NCBI GenBank assembly: GCA_903822205.1
Contig: CAIJOK010000024.1
Span: 6,512-38,511, forward strand
Length of the DNA: 32,000 nt
Reading direction: 5' to 3'
Origin: an uncultured beta proteobacterium
GTDB taxonomy: Bacteria; Pseudomonadota; Gammaproteobacteria; Burkholderiales; Burkholderiaceae_C
Notes under the pieces: model-generated
What the model was told of the DNA's origin: nothing
Databases searched by the model: none
What the model saw: only the letters and a program-made list of their open reading frames with translations
Translations under genes and position numbers: made by a program
Shown: positions 28,463 to 32,000 of the stretch, piece by piece
How the letters are laid out: each line of letters opens with the position of its first letter
Numbering within the stretch: position 1 is the stretch's first letter

Positions 28463-29641
28463 TTACCGCAGCTTCAAGGTACTCAACCCCACCAGGCATA
28501 ACAGCATGGTGATGATCCAGAAACGGACGACGACCTGGGTTTCTTTCCAGCCAGTTTTCTCAAAATGGTGGTGCAGCGGGGCCATTTTGAGAATGCGACG
28601 GCCCTGGCCGTATTTCTTTTTGGTGTATTTGAAATAACCCACCTGCACCATCACCGACAGGGCCTCGGCCACAAAGATGCCGCCCATGATGGCCAGCACA
28701 ATCTCTTGCCGCACAATGACGGCGATTGTTCCCAGGGCACCCCCCAGGGCCAGCGCCCCCACGTCGCCCATAAATACCTGCGCCGGATGGGTGTTAAACC
28801 ACAAAAACGCCAAACCCGCCCCCGACATGGCAGAGCAAAAAATCATCAGCTCACCGGCCCCTGCAATATGGGGCAAAAACAGATAGCGGGCAAAAACGGC
28901 ATTGCCGGTGACATAAGCAAAAATACCCAAACATGACCCTACCATGACCACAGGCATGATGGCCAGACCGTCCAGGCCATCGGTCAGATTGACGGCATTG
29001 CTGGCCCCCACGATCACCAGATAGGTCAGCAGCACAAAGCCCCACACCCCCAGTGGGTAGCTGATCTCTTTGAAAAACGGCAGCATCAGCCCGGCCGTGG
29101 GCGGCAGACTGACATCAAAGCCGGACTGCACCCAGGTAAAGAACAGCTCCAGCACGCGGGCGTTGGTGTTCTCGGAGATGCAAAACACCAGGTACAGCGC
29201 GGCGGCCAGGCCGATCAGCGACTGCCAGGCAAATTTCTCGCGCGATGACATGCCCTCGGGGTTGTGATCGACCACCTTGCGCCAGTCGTCAGCCCAGCCA
29301 ATGGCACCCAAGCCCAGGGTGACGGTCAGCACCATCCAGACAAAGCGGTTGCTCCAGTCAAACCAGAGCAGCGTTGAAAGCAAAATACTGAGCAGAACCA
29401 GCACGCCGCCCATGGTGGGTGTGCCACGTTTGACCAGGTGAGACTCTAGGCCATAGCCCCGGACGGGCTGTCCAATTTTGATGGCGGTCAGGTAGCGAAT
29501 GACCCACGGGCCAGCAGCCAGTCCCAGCAACAGCGCGGTCATGGCGGCCATCACCGCCCGAAAGGTTTGGTACTGAAAAACGCGCAAAAAACCCAGATCG
29601 GGTGACAGGGATTGCAGCCATTGGGCCAGCCAGATCAGCAT
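28463..29641 (-). CDS. mraY: Phospho-N-acetylmuramoyl-pentapeptide transferase
   Basis: Polytopic membrane protein with Kx[32 protein letters not shown] and the APLHHHFE motifs. Confidence 0.97.
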   Translation of the reverse strand: MLIWLAQWLQSLSPDLGFLRVFQYQTFRAVMAAMTALLLGLAAGPWVIRYLTAIKIGQPVRGYGLESHLVKRGTPTMGGVLVLLSILLSTLLWFDWSNRFVWMVLTVTLGLGAIGWADDWRKVVDHNPEGMSSREKFAWQSLIGLAAALYLVFCISENTNARVLELFFTWVQSGFDVSLPPTAGLMLPFFKEISYPLGVWGFVLLTYLVIVGASNAVNLTDGLDGLAIMPVVMVGSCLGIFAYVTGNAVFARYLFLPHIAGAGELMIFCSAMSGAGLAFLWFNTHPAQVFMGDVGALALGGALGTIAVIVRQEIVLAIMGGIFVAEALSVMVQVGYFKYTKKKYGQGRRILKMAPLHHHFEKTGWKETQVVVRFWIITMLLCLVGLSTLKLR

Positions 29642-32000
29642 ACGATGCTCCCGTTTTTGGTCACGGTCATGATGGCCTTCACCACGCGCTCCATCTGCAT
29701 AAAACGCGAACCTTTGACCAAAATGCTGGCCACTCCAGGCAGTGCGGCCAGAACGGCGGCCTGCAAATCGACCATGTCGGCAAAAGCTCTGACGGCATCC
29801 AATTGAACAGCGGCCTGTGCAAATGCAGCACCGATGACCAATACTTGGGTTGAACGTTGGGCCAACGCATGGCGCAGGGCCTCGGTGTGAAACTCATGGC
29901 TATAGCCGCCTACCTCGCCCATATCGCCCAGAACCAACAGACGCGGGACGGGCAGGGTAGCCAATACGTCAATGGCTGCGCGTACCGAATCGGGGTTGGC
30001 GTTGTAGCTGTCGTCGATCAGCGTAAGGGGGCGGCCTTGGCAAGTCACGGACAGCGAACGGCTGCGGCCCTTGACGGGTTCAAAAGCACCTAAACCCGTC
30101 GCAATGGCGGCCAGCGGTATATCAGCAGCCAAGGCGCAGGCCACGGCAGCCAAAGAGTTTTTGACATTGTGCAGACCGGCAATAGCCAAGTCATAACGCA
30201 AATCACCTACTGGTGTGGTGGCCACCACCTGCCAGGCCGTCCCCGTCCAAGTGACTGTTTGCGGATAGACATCGGCATCGGCCTGCGGTGCAGCCGCAAA
30301 GCGGATGACACGGCGAGCGCCAGCCATTTGCGACCACAAGGGGTTGAAGGGATCATCTGCTGGAAATACGGCCACGCCGTCCTCAGGCAGGGCATCGATG
30401 ACACTGCCGTTTTCTTGCGCCACGGCGCTGACGCTGTGCATGAACTCAAGGTGTTCGCGCTGAGCGTTGTTGACCAGCGCCACGGTGGGACGTGCGATGG
30501 CGGACAGCAGGGCGACCTCGCCAGGGTGGTTCATGCCCAGCTCGACCACGGCCATTCGGTGCAGGTCGGTCAGGCGAAGCAGCGTCAAGGGCACGCCGAT
30601 AGCGTTGTTGAGGTTGCCAAGGGTGGCCAGTGCGGCATCGGCCATAGAGGCCCGCAAAATGGATGCCATCATCTGCGTGACCGTGGTCTTGCCGTTGCTG
30701 CCGGTGACGGCGATCAGGACAAGAGCAAACTGCGCACGCCACAGCGTGGCCAGTTCAATCAGTGCCTGGTGGGTGTCTGGCACCACCCAGCCTGGCAGGC
30801 CGGCCTGCGCCATTTGGGCAGCGGCCTCGTCACCCTGACACAAAGCGGCCACAGCTCCGCCCGTGTGTGCCTGCTGCAAAAAGTTATTGGCATTGAAGCG
30901 TTCGCCAGGCAAAGCTACAAACAGGTCACCGGTCGCCATGCTGCGGCTGTCGGTGTACACCCTCGCAATGCCCAGCGTCTGCGTGGCGGTGATGCCAACG
31001 GGTTGCGCCTGCGGCAACGACGAGACGGCCTCTTGCAGGGTCATCGGGGTGTGGCGTGTTGGCGGATGCCTACGGGTGACACAGGGTGCGGGCCGCATGG
31101 CCAGGGCGCGCTGAACTTGGACCAGGTCGCAAAAAGGCAGGCGCAGACCCTTGATCTCCTGGTAGTCTTCATGGCCTTTGCCGGCTATCAACACGACATC
31201 TGCGGCTGCGGCCCGGGCCAGGGTCTGTTCAATGGCCCGGGCGCGGTCGGGTTCAACGGTGACGTGGGGAACGCCGGTCAAGCCCAGCAATATTTGGCTG
31301 ATAAGGGTGTCGATGGCCTCGCTGCGGGGGTTGTCGCTGGTCACCACCACGTGGTCAGCGTGGCTGCCGGCGATGACACCCATCAGCGGGCGTTTGCCAC
31401 TGTCACGGTCTCCGCCACAACCAAAGACGCACCAAAGCTGTCCGCCGCGTTGTTGCGCCAATGGCCTTAAAGCATCGAGTGCCTTGGCTAAAGCGTCAGG
31501 GGTGTGGGCGTAATCCACAGCCACCAGCGGTTGGCCAGCTTGATTGACGCATTCCATGCGGCCTGGCACAGGGGACAGACGGCTACAGGCCTGAACCGCA
31601 GCGGCCAGCGGGATGCCCAGAGTGCGCATGGCGGCGATCACACCCAGCAGATTGGACACGTTGTAGCTGCCAAACAGGCCGGTGGTCAAAACCTTGCGCA
31701 AGGCCCCTTCAACGACGGCAAAGCGCATCCCGTGTGGGCTGTGCTCTAAGTCCATGGCCCGCAGTCTGGCCGGGATGTGCATCGACACCGTCCAGACATC
31801 CAGCGATGAATGCTGCGGACGGGTCTGTAGATCAGCCGCCAGTGCCTGTCCAGTGGGGTCGTCCACGTTGATCACAGCCGCTTGCAGACCCGGCCAGCCA
31901 AACAACCGGGCTTTGGCCTGCCAGTAGGCGGCCATGCTGCCGTGGTAATCCAGATGGTCTTGGGTAAAGTTGGTCAAGACAGCGGTATGGATGCGGGTGG
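29635..32000 (-). CDS. murE-murF: Single continuous ORF encoding the MurE C-terminal two-thirds fused to full-length MurF. The 5' end lies outside the window.
   Basis: The frame is open to base 32000 (...[20 protein letters not shown] is the MurE Mur-ligase middle domain; DNPRSE and GKGHE are the MurE C-terminus). No stop codon precedes the MurF-type sequence ([11 protein letters not shown]... TDSR... GSNGKTT P-loop ... DDSYNANP). The putative junction and internal ATG are at 31044, after the Pro/Arg-rich linker [19 protein letters not shown]. Confidence 0.9.
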   Translation of the reverse strand, partial: TRIHTAVLTNFTQDHLDYHGSMAAYWQAKARLFGWPGLQAAVINVDDPTGQALAADLQTRPQHSSLDVWTVSMHIPARLRAMDLEHSPHGMRFAVVEGALRKVLTTGLFGSYNVSNLLGVIAAMRTLGIPLAAAVQACSRLSPVPGRMECVNQAGQPLVAVDYAHTPDALAKALDALRPLAQQRGGQLWCVFGCGGDRDSGKRPLMGVIAGSHADHVVVTSDNPRSEAIDTLISQILLGLTGVPHVTVEPDRARAIEQTLARAAAADVVLIAGKGHEDYQEIKGLRLPFCDLVQVQRALAMRPAPCVTRRHPPTRHTPMTLQEAVSSLPQAQPVGITATQTLGIARVYTDSRSMATGDLFVALPGERFNANNFLQQAHTGGAVAALCQGDEAAAQMAQAGLPGWVVPDTHQALIELATLWRAQFALVLIAVTGSNGKTTVTQMMASILRASMADAALATLGNLNNAIGVPLTLLRLTDLHRMAVVELGMNHPGEVALLSAIARPTVALVNNAQREHLEFMHSVSAVAQENGSVIDALPEDGVAVFPADDPFNPLWSQMAGARRVIRFAAAPQADADVYPQTVTWTGTAWQVVATTPVGDLRYDLAIAGLHNVKNSLAAVACALAADIPLAAIATGLGAFEPVKGRSRSLSVTCQGRPLTLIDDSYNANPDSVRAAIDVLATLPVPRLLVLGDMGEVGGYSHEFHTEALRHALAQRSTQVLVIGAAFAQAAVQLDAVRAFADMVDLQAAVLAALPGVASILVKGSRFMQMERVVKAIMTVTKNGSIVC

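Noticed and set aside
30169-31470. 433-aa plus-strand ORF
   Set aside because: It is antisense to the murE-murF ORF. It has no recognisable motifs, so it is a GC-rich shadow frame.

Overview
GC-rich (about 60% in hand-counted lines) chromosomal segment. Gene content suggests a betaproteobacterium, Burkholderiales/Comamonadaceae-like, but the taxon is inference only. From left to right the window holds: the 3' end of pgeF/yfiH; phaC-phaA (PHB synthesis); an orphan polysaccharide export pair (Wza-like OPX plus Wzz-like PCP); a secreted modular protein (2x DUF1566, Thr-rich linker, 2x C-terminal repeat); a DUF4160/DUF2442-HTH two-gene module; ung; trpC; an MlaD/MCE protein; dusB-fis; purH; and fcl. 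The first gene of the DUF4160/DUF2442 module is frameshifted by an exact 10-bp tandem duplication. The rest of the window is the distal dcw cell-wall/division cluster on the minus strand: a fused murE-murF ORF, mraY, murD, ftsW, murG, murC, ddl, ftsQ, ftsA and ftsZ. The main finding is a 2.05 kb low-GC cassette inserted co-directionally between mraY and murD, one of the most conserved gene junctions in bacteria. Hand-counted 60-nt lines give 25-42% GC inside the cassette versus about 60% in mraY. The cassette encodes a candidate PD-(D/E)XK restriction endonuclease overlapping a clear m5C DNA methyltransferase. Its spacers are only 28 and 20 nt, no terminator is visible, and it is bracketed by an imperfect direct repeat that contains the murD start-codon context. 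I recognised no rRNA, tRNA, CRISPR array, transposase or integrase. All family assignments come from motif recognition by eye; no database search was run.
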